Below, one piece after another: positions 38,771-49,125 of a DNA stretch of 64,000 nt (its first letter is position 1; every line of letters starts with the position of its first letter). The position numbers were made by a program, and so were the translations under genes. A model generated the notes under the pieces. That model had not been told where the DNA came from. It did no database searches and was given only the letters and a program-made list of their open reading frames with translations. Source of the DNA: an uncultured Planctomycetota bacterium (lineage in GTDB: Bacteria; Planctomycetota; Planctomycetia; Isosphaerales; Isosphaeraceae); assembly GCA_963823665.1 (NCBI GenBank), contig CAWGMQ010000011.1, positions 448,001 to 512,000 on the forward strand, read 5' to 3'.

Positions 38771-41700
38771 TCAAACACGCACTGGAGCACGCCGGTGTGG
38801 TGATCCGCGGCCCCGAAGTTGATCGTCCGCCTCCGCGAGGTAGTCGACCGCGGCGGCCGAGATGGCCGGAACTCGGTCGGCCGCATGATAGACGACGGCG
38901 GCCAGGCTCACTCCGCTACGGCGAAGGACGGCGACGGCATTGCTGCCTGGCTGACCGTTATCGGTTCCGTCGATGAAACGTCCCATGGTGTCCTCGAGAC
39001 CGGAAGGTGCTTGTCCCTCGACCAGGAGCTGGACGGGCGTGGTCAGCACGAAAGGCTTGGACGGAGTGAGGACGACCGAGTCCTGGGAAGGGTTGTAGAC
39101 GGCGGAGCGGAGCTTCAAGGCCCGCGCGTTCTTGGCGGTGAACGATCCGCGCTTGCCGGCGACGGTCAAACGGTAGATTCCGGTCTCGGCCGCTTGAGTG
39201 GAGTTCACGGCAGCACTGAAGTCGACAAGGACCTCCGTCACCTGGTGCTTCTTGTTCGTCTTGACCACGACTTCAGCCACCCTCACCAGTGGCGCGGAAA
39301 TCACGTGGGTCGTGGCCTGTGCTCCGGCGGGGGTGGGCTGCACGTTCCCGACGTTGTCGATGGCCACGCTGTAGAAGCCATAAGTGTGGCCGACTTGACC
39401 GTTGAATGTCGCACTTGTCTCGGTGGTTCCTGTGACGAACGCGGTGAACGGGCCACCGTCCTCGGAAACGAACACATTGTAGCGGGCGATCCCGGAGCCG
39501 CCGGAGTTGTCCTGGCCTGACCAGCTCACAAGAAAGCTTGTCGCGGTTGTCGTTCCCGTGAGCGGGCTGACGGCGCTCGAGGGCGCCAGGGCATCGACCG
39601 TTGTCTGGGCCTGCGCCGAAGCCGGCGTCGCCTGAACATTGCCGACGTTGTCGGCGGCCACGCTGTAAAAACGATAAGTGTGGCCGTTCAGTCCGGTGTA
39701 AGTCGCCGACGACGGGCTCGTCGCCGATTGCCAGAGAGTGAACGGGCCGTTGTTGTCCGAGACGTAGATGTTGTAGGAGGCGATGCCCGAGCCCCCCGTG
39801 TTGTCCTGGCCTGCCCATGTGACCGTGAAGCTTGCCGGGCTGAAAGCGGCCAATGCCGAGACGCTGCTGGCGGGTGGTGCCGCGTCGATGGTGTTCACGT
39901 AGGGGGCTGTCGCCAGCGAGCTCTGGTCAGATAATCCCGCGTCGAAGATCACCGTAGCCTGAGCATTGATCGCAGTCTGGGCGGCAACCGCCGGCTTCGG
40001 CTGCACGGAGTAGCTGACCCACCCTTCGCCTTCTGGTGCGGTGACATCCGGAGGCAGGAAGCCTTCGAGCACGTTGCCGACCGGGATGTCGAAGGTCGTG
40101 GGGTCAATGGACGTGAAGGTCCAGGTGAGCATGCCGGTGAGCGCATTGAAACTTGCATTCACGTCGACGTAAACGCCGACCGAGCTGACTGCGTTGATGC
40201 GAACGCTGTAGGACATCAAGCCGGCCGGCACGTTGAAGGCCTGGCCGCCGAAGCTGAAGGCGCCCAGCTCGAAGGTACTCCAGTCGAGGTTTGCGTCGAG
40301 CTGATCGGTCACCTCGACAACCTGGGCGGGGGCCGTGGCCGTCGCATCGTTTTCAAAGTCGACGCGGTAGGACAAGGACTGCGCGGGGCTGACAAAGGCG
40401 CTGGGACCGAAACCAGCGGGGCCGACGATATCGTTGGGATCAGTCGGACTGTCGATCGAGCCTCCGCCTCCACCGCCGCCGGGTCCGGGCAGCAATGGTG
40501 GTGCGGGTGGAAGCGGAGGAGCGGGTGGGTCTGGCGGTCCGGGGGGCGGCTCGCAGGGATCCTCCGGGCCATCAAATTGCCACACGAACGTCAACCCAGG
40601 CGCCTGAGGTGCATGCGTTCCGGGAGGGATCAGCGGGAAAGTCGGGCCAATCGGCCCCGGGCCGCCAGGGGGTGTCGGTCCAGGCGCGCCGGGGGGAAGC
40701 GGATTCGGAAAAGGGACCGAGAGAAATGGCTTGAACGGGCAACTCTTTAACGGCTTCAACAAGTCAAGGGGGTCCAGACCCGTCGGATCGATCTGGCTGA
40801 CGGGATCATTGTCCGCGTAGGTGTAGAGATCGATTCCACCCTGGGTGCCGCTGGGATCGCGGCTCACGAAACGCCCCAGCGATGGCGCGTAATACCGGAC
40901 GCTCATGAGGTCCAGCCCACTCGGGCTGGTCACGACGCCCCATTCGCCCAGAAATCCAAATATGTTTGGTACGCCCGACGACTGCGTCGTTGTCTGCCCG
41001 GTCGGCAGGTAGGAGTACTGATCAACGTACGCGCCGTTTGCACTGCTGATGCCAACGGTTGAGCCCAGGTTATTGAAATCATAGTAATCGACAGACCCAC
41101 CGGCACTCACCTGGCTCTCCAGGCCGAGGCCGTAGGTAAAATGCGCGATCAAGCTGCCATTGCCATCGAAGGACGCAACCACATTGCCCTGCCCGGTCGG
41201 ATCGATCTGAAAGCTGGTCGTGGTGCCGTTCACCGTCTGCGACACAAGGTTGCCGAACGCGTCATAGGAAGCCGTTTCGGAGATGCCGGGGCCGTTCACG
41301 GCAGTCAACTGATTGAGCGGGTTGTACGTATATGTTGTGGTTCCGCTGCTGCTCGTCTGGGCGATCAGATTTCCCTCGGCGTCATACTGGTACGTCGTCG
41401 TGGCGCCGCCCGTCGTCGAGCTGGTGTATTGATTGAGGTTGTTGATCGTATAAGTCGTCGTCACGCCATTGACATTCTGCGAGATGCGATTGCCGGCGGC
41501 GTCGTAGGCATACTGGATGTCCTCTTCAGCCAGGCCATCCGGGTCTGTGTGGTTGGGCGTGAAGACGGCCTGGACCAACTCGCCGGCTGCATCGAGCGCG
41601 TAGGCCCACTCTCCGTCCTGGTTCGTGTCGGTGAGAACGTCGCCCTCGGCGTCATATGTATAATCGTCAAACGAGTTGACCGTCACGTGATTTGGCGCTT

Positions 41701-44700
41701 CATTCGTGATCGACAGGAGATCACCGGCCGGGTCATAGGTGTAGGTCGTGCGTGTGCCGTTGCCGTTGTCTTTCTCGATGAGGCGGCCATCGACATCGTA
41801 GGTGTACTGGACGATCAAGTTACCGCCCGAGTCGGTCAGCTTCGAGAGCCGGCCGGCGTCGTCGTAGGAATAGTTCACCGTGAAGCCGGTCTGATCGACG
41901 CTCTGCACGCGCTGGCCGCCGCTGTTGTGGAAGAGCTTCAGGTAGGTCCCGTCTGGATAGAGCACTTCCGAAAGCAAGTCGGGATCGGCTGGGTCACCGT
42001 CATCAGCCGCGCCGTAGACAAACTTCGTCACGTTTCCGAGCGTGTCGGTTGCGCTCGTGCAGTTGCCGTAGGCGTCGTAGGTGTAGGAGAGCGACGTGCC
42101 TCCCGCGAAGCTCTCTTCGATGAGCTCGCCGGCGTTGTTGTAGGTGGCGCTGATCGCGGCGCCGTTTCCGCCCAGGAAACCGATGGCCTCGCCCAGCGGG
42201 TTGTAGCTGTACTGGTCCTGGTCGCCGTTCGCATAGGTGATCGAGAGGGGCGCGTTGCTCGCGTTGTACGCGGTGCTGGTCGTATTGCCGTCTGCGTCCG
42301 TGTAACTTGTCTGATTATGGTTGGTATCGTAAGTGAAGGAGGTGGTGTTGCCGAGCGGGTCTGTTTCACTGAGCTCATTGCCCTGCGAATCGTAGGTGTA
42401 GGTATAGGTTGCTCCGTCCGGCAAGACTTTCCGGATGAGATCGCCGTTCGAGTCATAGCTGAGCCGGGTGGTTTGACCAAGGGCATCCTGGGTCACGGCG
42501 GGCTCGCCAAACTGGTTGAACATCATCACGCTCGAATCACCGGTGTTGTCCGCCGTGGAGACGGTGCCGCCCGAGCCGTAGGTATAGGTCAGGTGACTCA
42601 CGGGATCCGTTGAACACATACAGCCTTGCTGATCGATCAGCCGCCCCTGGGCGTCGTAGGTGAAATAGATAAACGTGCCATCGGTTTGTTTGACCGTTGA
42701 CAAGGCGAACTGCTGGGCCGGGTTTGCACCCGTGACATACGTGTATTGCTCCGTTACTTCAGGATTGGACACAGAGAGAAGCAGCTCGTTCGTGGTGTCG
42801 TATGTATAAGTCGTCACCTGGCCATCCGAGCCGGTGATGGTGCTGATCAAGCCCTGGGCGTTGTAAGCAAAGTTCAGGTAAGCCCCGTTCGAATCGGTCA
42901 GGCTGGCCATCTGGCCGCTCGAATAGCTGGCGGTGATCCGGTTGCCGCTGGCATCCTGCAAGTAATCGAAGCTGCCGTCAGGGTTGAAGACGATCACCGT
43001 GCCGGTGGTTTCGCGCACCTGGTAGGCTCCTCCGGCGGAGGTGAGCACGTAATCGTTACCGGGCGGATCGAGGTACGTGCCGCCGGCCTGGCGTGCGAAG
43101 TAGAGATACACGCCGTCTTCGACGATCGTCACATTACCCTGGCTGTCTGCCGATGCCGAAATCTGCCAGCTATCGACCCAGCCCCGTCCCAGAGGTCCAG
43201 CAGCGTAGCGCTCGGCGATCCCTGGCTGGTAGGTTCTCGCAAAGTTGAGCGGCACGCCGGGCGTTACAACCGAGGCATCGACGGTCCCGAGCGCGGCAGT
43301 CACCGGCAGGGAAGCGTTGGCAAGCTGGATCGCGAAGTTGTACAGCGTCTCGACGTCGGAGGTGGGTGTGCCGATCTCGCCGAGGTAGGTCGCGAAGCTG
43401 TCCAGGTAGGCCTGGTACTGACCGGCGGTTGAGCCCGCCGCGGCAACAAAATTGCCCCAGATCGGCCTCCAGGCCGAGGCGCTCAAGTAACCGGGCCGCG
43501 AGCTTGCAAGGGCGCTGCTCCAGTCGATCGGGGTCGCCGGCGCGGCGGTTTGCGTGAGGTTGAAATGGAACTGGGTGTGTCCGAGCTGTGACGTGGTCTG
43601 ATAGTCGAGGGTGATGCTGCCGTGATAACCCGGCGGCAGGATGCCCGCCGGACCGTCTTGATCGATGCCGAGCACCTGGATCGTGCTGCCGACGTATGTG
43701 CTCTCGTCGGCATAACCGAGCACGGCGTTCGTTGCCTGCACCTGCAACAACGGGGCTGGGATGTCGGCGCCGCCGACGTTCGCATAGAAGATCGTCACGG
43801 TCGTCCCGGTCTGATTGGGCCGGATGACGGCGACGGTGCCGAGGCTCGTTTGCAACTGGCCGGGATCGCCGCTGACGACGGTAAAAGCGCCGGCGCTCGT
43901 GAGGGTTTCACCATGATCGATCGCCTGCACGTCGTATGTACCCGCCGCGAGCCCCGCCAGGTTGAACGTGGCGAAGAGCGTCGTGTCGTTCTGGTACATC
44001 GTCGCGGAGGCCACAAGCACTGCCTGGCCCGCGCGTTGCAGTTGTACGGTAGTCTGCATCGTGAACCCTGAGCCGTCGATCGCGATCGTGGCCTGGCCGC
44101 TATTGCTGGCCTGGCCCGGGGCGAAACCAGCAAGAGCGAAGCCGGGGGCGCTCGCGCTGAGCGTGAACGAAAGCCCGAGCCCCGCCGGCTGCTGCCCCTT
44201 TATAAGCAGGTAGTAAACGCCGCCCTGAGGCTGTGCCAGCGTCACTTCCTGGCTGGCCGTGGCGGCGCCTGTTGCGGCTTGGTCGTAGTCAGACGGGTCG
44301 GGAATGGCGCCGTACCGCACGTACATGGTCACGCCATCGGCCACCGCGCTCCTGGCGATGATTTGCAAGTCGGCCGGCGACGTCAGGTCGAGCTGATAGT
44401 AGAGGTCCTCGCCGTCGGCGATCGTGCCGGTTACAGGCGTGCCGATGGTGAGGGCAGGGGCGCTGAGCGAAAGCGATGTCGTAGCCACGGCGACGTTATC
44501 GGCCCGGTTGAGATCGGGCACCTGCAAGCCGCTGTCGGTGACGACGATCACATGATAATTGCCGATCATGGCACCGGGCAGAGTCGCGGTCAGCGATCCC
44601 GCGTAGTGCTCGAGCGCACTCAAGTTACCGGTGTGCGTGACCCGGCCCAGCAGCATGGCGCTGGCATCCACGGTGGTCTCGGTGGAGAGATAGACTGAGT

Positions 44701-47700
44701 CGGTCCAGCTTCCCGCCGTGGTGGCGACCGTGCCGAGATTGGTGACGGTGTAATCAACCGTGATCATGTCATTGAGCGATGCCTGGGCCGGCCTGAAGGA
44801 GACATCGCTCGCCGCCAGGTCGGGGGCAGTCGTCACCGCAATCAGGCTCAAGCTTGTCGGCGCGGCGTTCGTGATCAAGGCGGGTGAACCGTCGATGAGC
44901 GGAGAAATGAACGTCAGAAAGCTCCCGCTCGAGCCCGCGAAGTTCAGGACATCGAAGGACTCTTCGGTACCGGGAGCGAAACCGTTCGTCAGCGAGACAT
45001 TCAGCGTGCCGCTCAAAGTGGCCATGCCCGTGATCGTAACCTGATCGAACAACGTGCCGGCGGTGGCGCCGCCGATTTTGAGTGCCAGAGCGCCAGCCGA
45101 GGTCTGCGTGTAGTTGCCGCTGATGGCGAGCGTGCCGGGCGAGCTGCCGAGGTCCACCTCACCGCCGTTTGTGAGATTTCCATCGATCGTACCCGGGCCG
45201 GAGAGCGTTCCACCCGTTATATTGATCTGATTGTTCGTTGTCCCGAGTGTGCCCGAACTCAGGATCGTCGTGCCGCCGGTCTGGGTGTATGAGGCCGTCG
45301 CTCCGAGCCCGAAGATCGCACTGCTCGCGACAGTGAGCGTGCCCGCGTTCGTGAACGGCGCGGCCGCCACGAATTGAGCGTCATCCTGCAATGTGAAGCT
45401 GCCAGAGGCGGCATTCGTGAGCAAACCGGCCAGGGCACTGGTCGTGCCGGTGTTGCTGTCGATGGTCGCGCCAGCTCCATCAAGGACGATGGTGGCCGCA
45501 TTGGTGGAGACGTTGGCGCCCAGGAGTCTCAAGGTACCGACGCCGACTGCTTTCCAGGTTCCGCCGGTCAGTGTTCCGCCGGCAAAATTGGTAAAGCCCT
45601 GGACCGTGATCGTGCCACTGCCATCGGCGGCGATCGTCCCGTCGGACGTCACCAAGCCGCCCGAGGCATTGCCGACGAAGCCGGCGTTTCCATGAACCAG
45701 GACGCCGGAGGCGATTGTCAGGGTGTCTCCAGCATCGGGAACGTACAGACCCTTCTGATTCTCGCTGGCCGGGTTGTCAGCGAAATCAACGGTGCCGGGC
45801 CCGCCGAGCGACTGGCTGCCGAGGAAGTCCAAGGCGCCGTTGCCTTCCATCATGACGGTGCCGTTTTCGAGCGTGAGATTGTCTTTAACGTCAATGAATG
45901 TGCTGAACAACTGGCCGACGAACAGAGTGCCGGCCAGCGTAACATCTTCCAGGGTTCCGCCGGACCTGGTGGCCACCAGCTCGCCGCCGCCGGGCGTGCT
46001 GATGGTGCCCCCTTCGATCGTGCCCCCCAGGAGAGAATACTGGGGAGCGATACCCGAGCCGTCGAGTGTCAGGGTGCCGTCGTTCGTCACCGTGCCTGTG
46101 AAGTTGATGATCCCGCCGACTCCGGTCACGGTGCCGACGATCGACGAATCAAAAGTTCCGCCGAGGTCAATGGTCCCGGAATTTTCGGTGATCATACCGG
46201 CATTCTGCCAGGAGTTGCTCAGGTTCAGAACGAGCGTGCATCCGTTTGAGGCCGTCGCGGAGCCGTCGTTGATCCACGTGCCGCTCAGAGTCAGCGTGCC
46301 GCCGCCGGTGTCAGCGCTCACCGTGCCCTGGTTGATAATGGACCCGTTGCCGGAGTCGATCAGGCCGTGGTTGCCGTCGATGGTGACGTTCGGGCCGATG
46401 GTGAGCGTGAGCGGCGTGCCGCTACCCGTCAGGCCGATCTCGCTGTCGTCACCGTCGGCAAATAGCAGCTCGCCGGTGCCATTCAAGACTTGCGGGCCGC
46501 TGAAGCTCACGTCGGACCCGAAAGTCAGGCTGATGAGACCCGTAGCGGCGCCAGAGCCGAGTGTGAGGCCGCCGGCTACGACGATGGCTTGGCCACTGTT
46601 GTTGTCAAGCGTTCCCGCCAGCGTGATCGGGCCGTTCAAGGTGGCCCCGGTCGCACTGGTCGTGAGCACGTCAGTGCCGGCGGTGGTGATGGTGCCGCCT
46701 TCGATGGTGCCGCCATTGAACTCCCAGCCGCCGGTCGTGCTGTCCAGGGCCAGCGTCGTGCCGGTGTTGTTCAGCGTACCCGTGAGGTCCACAGTGCCGC
46801 CGGTCCGGCTGAAGCTGCCGAGGGCGGCGAGGGTGAACGTGCCACCCAGCAAGACGGTGGAATTCGTCATTGTGATGGTGCCGGCGTTCGACCAGCCGTT
46901 GCCCTCCAGGGCGAGGCTGCCGCCGTCGTCGCTGATGCCGGTGGCGCTGATGGTGGCGCCAGCGTCGTTGACCCAGACGCCCGCCGGAACCGTGTTCCCT
47001 TCGTCGTTTGCGCCCATGGCATTCAAGACAAGGCTGGCATCGTTGACGGCGCGCATGGTGGCACCGGGCTCATTGATCCAGGCGCCGTCGATGCTGAACG
47101 TGCCACCGGCAAAGGCGGCACTTTGAGCGCCGGCACTGCTGCCGGCACTGACGGTTCCGTAGTTGTCGACGGTGCCGGTGCCTGCCATGATTCGGCCGGT
47201 GAGGCCGTCGATGGTGATGTTGGGGTCGATGGTCAAGACGCTGCCGCTGCCCTCGACGATCAACTCGTTGTTGGGGTTGTTGGTGCCATTGAAGAGCACC
47301 TCCCCTGTGCCGGCGAGAGTCTGCGTGCCGCTGAAGATCAGGTCGGCAATGGTGGTGGTCTCGATAAGACCCGGAGCGAGCGTCAGTCCGTTCCCCTGTG
47401 CGTCAGACAAAATTGTCACAGAGCCTTCGTTGTTTTCGTCAAGTGTTCCCGTCAGCGTCACCGGGCCCTTCAGCGTCGACGAGCCGGCGTTCGTCCCCAA
47501 CACGGCAGATCCTGAGGTGCTGATGGTGCCACCATTGATGGTGCCGCCATCGAGCAGCCACGCGCCGGTAGTGTTGTTCAGGGCCAGGGTCGTGCCGGTG
47601 TTGTTCAGCGTGCCCGTGAGGTTGACCTCACCGCCGGTCCGGCTGAAGCTGCCGAGAGTGGCGAGGGTGAACGTGCCACCCAGCACGACGCTGGAATTCG

Positions 47701-48739
47701 TCATGGCGATCGTGCCGGCGTTCGACCAGCCGTTGCCCTCCAGGGCGAGGCTGCCGCCGCCGTCGCTGTTGCCGGTGACGCTGATGGTGGCGCCCGCGTC
47801 GTTGGTCCATACGCCCGCCGAAACGGTGTTGCCTGCGTCGTTTGCCCCCATGGCGTTCAACACCAGGCTGGCGTCATTGACGGCACGCATCGTGGCGCCG
47901 GGCTCGTTGAGCCAGGCGCCGTCGATCGTGAACGTGCCACCCGCAAATGCGGCACTCTGGACGCCGCCACTGCTGCCGGCACTGAGGGTGCCGTAGTTGT
48001 CGACGCTGCCGCTGCCCGCGATGATTCGTCCGGTGAGACCGTCCATTGTGATGTTGGGGTCGATGGTCAGGACGCTGCTGCCCTCGACGATCATCTCGTT
48101 GTTATGGTTGTTAGTGCCGTTGAAGAGCACCTCGCCTGTGCCGGCCAGGGTTTGCGTTCCGCTAAAGTACAGGCTCGCGACGTTGGTGGTCTCCACGAGA
48201 CCGGAAGCGAGCGTCAGATTGTTGACAATCGACACAGCGCTCCCGAACCCGGACAGGTTCAGCGTGCCGGCCAGCGTCACGTTGCTCAGCGTGCTCTGCG
48301 CGCCGCTGGCGCTCAAGACGGTGCCCGCCTGTACCGACGCGTTTGCCAGTGTGCCGCCGGAGAGGGCGACGGCGCTCGCGTCGCTGAATGTGCCGGTTAC
48401 GCTCAGCGTGCCGCCTGAGAGGGTGATCGGGTCGGAGGCGGTGACACTCTGTACGACGTCGTCATTGCTGTTTGCATGCGTAATGGTCACGTTGCCGGGC
48501 ACATTGATTTCCACGGCATCGTTTGCGCCCGGCACGGCGTCGGAACTCCAGTTACCGGGTGTGTCCCAGTCGCCGCCGGCCGGGTTGATCCAGTTGACCT
48601 GGGAGAGCATGACGCGAATTTCGAGGGCGTCCGACGTGAGCCGGTACGACCGGCCCGTCGGGTGGGATTTCGGGGCTGCACGCCCTCTCGCTGTTACCTC
48701 CGCACGACGTACCAGGCCCTTCCACCAGGTGTTTTTCAT
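38771..48739 (-). CDS. 3322-aa surface protein: LExRxL motif, beta-helix-like repeats, CARDB/PPC/Ig-like domains, YD/RHS core, Pro-rich linker, C-terminal Ig-like domains
   Basis: LEIRVMLS; G/T/N-rich repeats; APDLAAS...VTNLG (CARDB-like); many YTYD repeats; RYYAPSLGRFVSRDP...YTYADNDPVSQIDPTGL RHS core. Confidence 0.9.
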   Translation of the reverse strand: MKNTWWKGLVRRAEVTARGRAAPKSHPTGRSYRLTSDALEIRVMLSQVNWINPAGGDWDTPGNWSSDAVPGANDAVEINVPGNVTITHANSNDDVVQSVTASDPITLSGGTLSVTGTFSDASAVALSGGTLANASVQAGTVLSASGAQSTLSNVTLAGTLNLSGFGSAVSIVNNLTLASGLVETTNVASLYFSGTQTLAGTGEVLFNGTNNHNNEMIVEGSSVLTIDPNITMDGLTGRIIAGSGSVDNYGTLSAGSSGGVQSAAFAGGTFTIDGAWLNEPGATMRAVNDASLVLNAMGANDAGNTVSAGVWTNDAGATISVTGNSDGGGSLALEGNGWSNAGTIAMTNSSVVLGGTFTLATLGSFSRTGGEVNLTGTLNNTGTTLALNNTTGAWLLDGGTINGGTISTSGSAVLGTNAGSSTLKGPVTLTGTLDENNEGSVTILSDAQGNGLTLAPGLIETTTIADLIFSGTQTLAGTGEVLFNGTNNPNNELIVEGSGSVLTIDPNITIDGLTGRIMAGTGTVDNYGTVSAGSSAGAQSAAFAGGTFSIDGAWINEPGATMRAVNDASLVLNAMGANDEGNTVPAGVWVNDAGATISATGISDDGGSLALEGNGWSNAGTITMTNSTVLLGGTFTLAALGSFSRTGGTVDLTGTLNNTGTTLALDSTTGGWEFNGGTIEGGTITTAGTDVLTTSATGATLNGPITLAGTLDNNSGQAIVVAGGLTLGSGAATGLISLTFGSDVSFSGPQVLNGTGELLFADGDDSEIGLTGSGTPLTLTIGPNVTIDGNHGLIDSGNGSIINQGTVSADTGGGTLTLSGTWINDGSATASNGCTLVLNLSNSWQNAGMITENSGTIDLGGTFDSSIVGTVTGVGGIINFTGTVTNDGTLTLDGSGIAPQYSLLGGTIEGGTISTPGGGELVATRSGGTLEDVTLAGTLFVGQLFSTFIDVKDNLTLENGTVMMEGNGALDFLGSQSLGGPGTVDFADNPASENQKGLYVPDAGDTLTIASGVLVHGNAGFVGNASGGLVTSDGTIAADGSGTITVQGFTNFAGGTLTGGTWKAVGVGTLRLLGANVSTNAATIVLDGAGATIDSNTGTTSALAGLLTNAASGSFTLQDDAQFVAAAPFTNAGTLTVASSAIFGLGATASYTQTGGTTILSSGTLGTTNNQINITGGTLSGPGTIDGNLTNGGEVDLGSSPGTLAISGNYTQTSAGALALKIGGATAGTLFDQVTITGMATLSGTLNVSLTNGFAPGTEESFDVLNFAGSSGSFLTFISPLIDGSPALITNAAPTSLSLIAVTTAPDLAASDVSFRPAQASLNDMITVDYTVTNLGTVATTAGSWTDSVYLSTETTVDASAMLLGRVTHTGNLSALEHYAGSLTATLPGAMIGNYHVIVVTDSGLQVPDLNRADNVAVATTSLSLSAPALTIGTPVTGTIADGEDLYYQLDLTSPADLQIIARSAVADGVTMYVRYGAIPDPSDYDQAATGAATASQEVTLAQPQGGVYYLLIKGQQPAGLGLSFTLSASAPGFALAGFAPGQASNSGQATIAIDGSGFTMQTTVQLQRAGQAVLVASATMYQNDTTLFATFNLAGLAAGTYDVQAIDHGETLTSAGAFTVVSGDPGQLQTSLGTVAVIRPNQTGTTVTIFYANVGGADIPAPLLQVQATNAVLGYADESTYVGSTIQVLGIDQDGPAGILPPGYHGSITLDYQTTSQLGHTQFHFNLTQTAAPATPIDWSSALASSRPGYLSASAWRPIWGNFVAAAGSTAGQYQAYLDSFATYLGEIGTPTSDVETLYNFAIQLANASLPVTAALGTVDASVVTPGVPLNFARTYQPGIAERYAAGPLGRGWVDSWQISASADSQGNVTIVEDGVYLYFARQAGGTYLDPPGNDYVLTSAGGAYQVRETTGTVIVFNPDGSFDYLQDASGNRITASYSSGQMASLTDSNGAYLNFAYNAQGLISTITGSDGQVTTYTYDTTNELLLSVSNPEVTEQYTYVTGANPAQQFALSTVKQTDGTFIYFTYDAQGRLIDQQGCMCSTDPVSHLTYTYGSGGTVSTADNTGDSSVMMFNQFGEPAVTQDALGQTTRLSYDSNGDLIRKVLPDGATYTYTYDSQGNELSETDPLGNTTSFTYDTNHNQTSYTDADGNTTSTAYNASNAPLSITYANGDQDQYSYNPLGEAIGFLGGNGAAISATYNNAGELIEESFAGGTSLSYTYDAYGNCTSATDTLGNVTKFVYGAADDGDPADPDLLSEVLYPDGTYLKLFHNSGGQRVQSVDQTGFTVNYSYDDAGRLSKLTDSGGNLIVQYTYDVDGRLIEKDNGNGTRTTYTYDPAGDLLSITNEAPNHVTVNSFDDYTYDAEGDVLTDTNQDGEWAYALDAAGELVQAVFTPNHTDPDGLAEEDIQYAYDAAGNRISQNVNGVTTTYTINNLNQYTSSTTGGATTTYQYDAEGNLIAQTSSSGTTTYTYNPLNQLTAVNGPGISETASYDAFGNLVSQTVNGTTTSFQIDPTGQGNVVASFDGNGSLIAHFTYGLGLESQVSAGGSVDYYDFNNLGSTVGISSANGAYVDQYSYLPTGQTTTQSSGVPNIFGFLGEWGVVTSPSGLDLMSVRYYAPSLGRFVSRDPSGTQGGIDLYTYADNDPVSQIDPTGLDPLDLLKPLKSCPFKPFLSVPFPNPLPPGAPGPTPPGGPGPIGPTFPLIPPGTHAPQAPGLTFVWQFDGPEDPCEPPPGPPDPPAPPLPPAPPLLPGPGGGGGGGSIDSPTDPNDIVGPAGFGPSAFVSPAQSLSYRVDFENDATATAPAQVVEVTDQLDANLDWSTFELGAFSFGGQAFNVPAGLMSYSVRINAVSSVGVYVDVNASFNALTGMLTWTFTSIDPTTFDIPVGNVLEGFLPPDVTAPEGEGWVSYSVQPKPAVAAQTAINAQATVIFDAGLSDQSSLATAPYVNTIDAAPPASSVSALAAFSPASFTVTWAGQDNTGGSGIASYNIYVSDNNGPFTLWQSATSPSSATYTGLNGHTYRFYSVAADNVGNVQATPASAQAQTTVDALAPSSAVSPLTGTTTATSFLVSWSGQDNSGGSGIARYNVFVSEDGGPFTAFVTGTTETSATFNGQVGHTYGFYSVAIDNVGNVQPTPAGAQATTHVISAPLVRVAEVVVKTNKKHQVTEVLVDFSAAVNSTQAAETGIYRLTVAGKRGSFTAKNARALKLRSAVYNPSQDSVVLTPSKPFVLTTPVQLLVEGQAPSGLEDTMGRFIDGTDNGQPGSNAVAVLRRSGVSLAAVVYHAADRVPAISAAAVDYLAEADDQLRGRGSPHRRAPVRV
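46700..48200 (-). repeat. Intragenic tandem duplication (offset 834 nt, 278 aa) in the giant RHS gene
   Basis: CCGTAGTTGTCGACG at 47157 and 47991; GTQTLAGTGEVLF...QSAAFAGGTF...LEGNGWSNAG occurs twice. Confidence 0.9.
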
Positions 48740-48896
48740 CGAATATTCTCACGAAAAAATTCGCGATCACGATGGGAGCCGGATTCGTACTGGCGCGTCA
48801 CGTGGCCAACGCGAGGCGAGATGCGTCATCCTCGCGCCCATGAGTCTATCATCATTAATACTCCCGTTCGTCCGAAACCTAACTCGCTTGAAATGA

Positions 48897-48977
48897 GAAT
48901 CCAGCAGCGATCCAGCGGCTTGTCGTTGAGCCACGCTTTTTGAATATACGGATGATTTGTTGCCGCATTCGCGGCAA
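48897..48977 (-). repeat. 81-bp copy of the GH92 3' region (51439-51519)
   Basis: 4 mismatches in 81 bp; encodes AANAATNHPYIQKAWLN.KPLDR.WI in both places. Confidence 0.95.
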
Positions 48978-49125
48978 GGCGGGAGGGGCGATCCCTCTTG
49001 CCGAGCCGGTGCGGAGCCGTGCGAGCCTGTGGACTCGGCGAAGCGCCCTGGAGCGAGGGCCCCCGAAACCCGGACAACCAGTTAATCGACGAGATTCATG
49101 TATTTCATGGTCGCCGCCACGCCCG

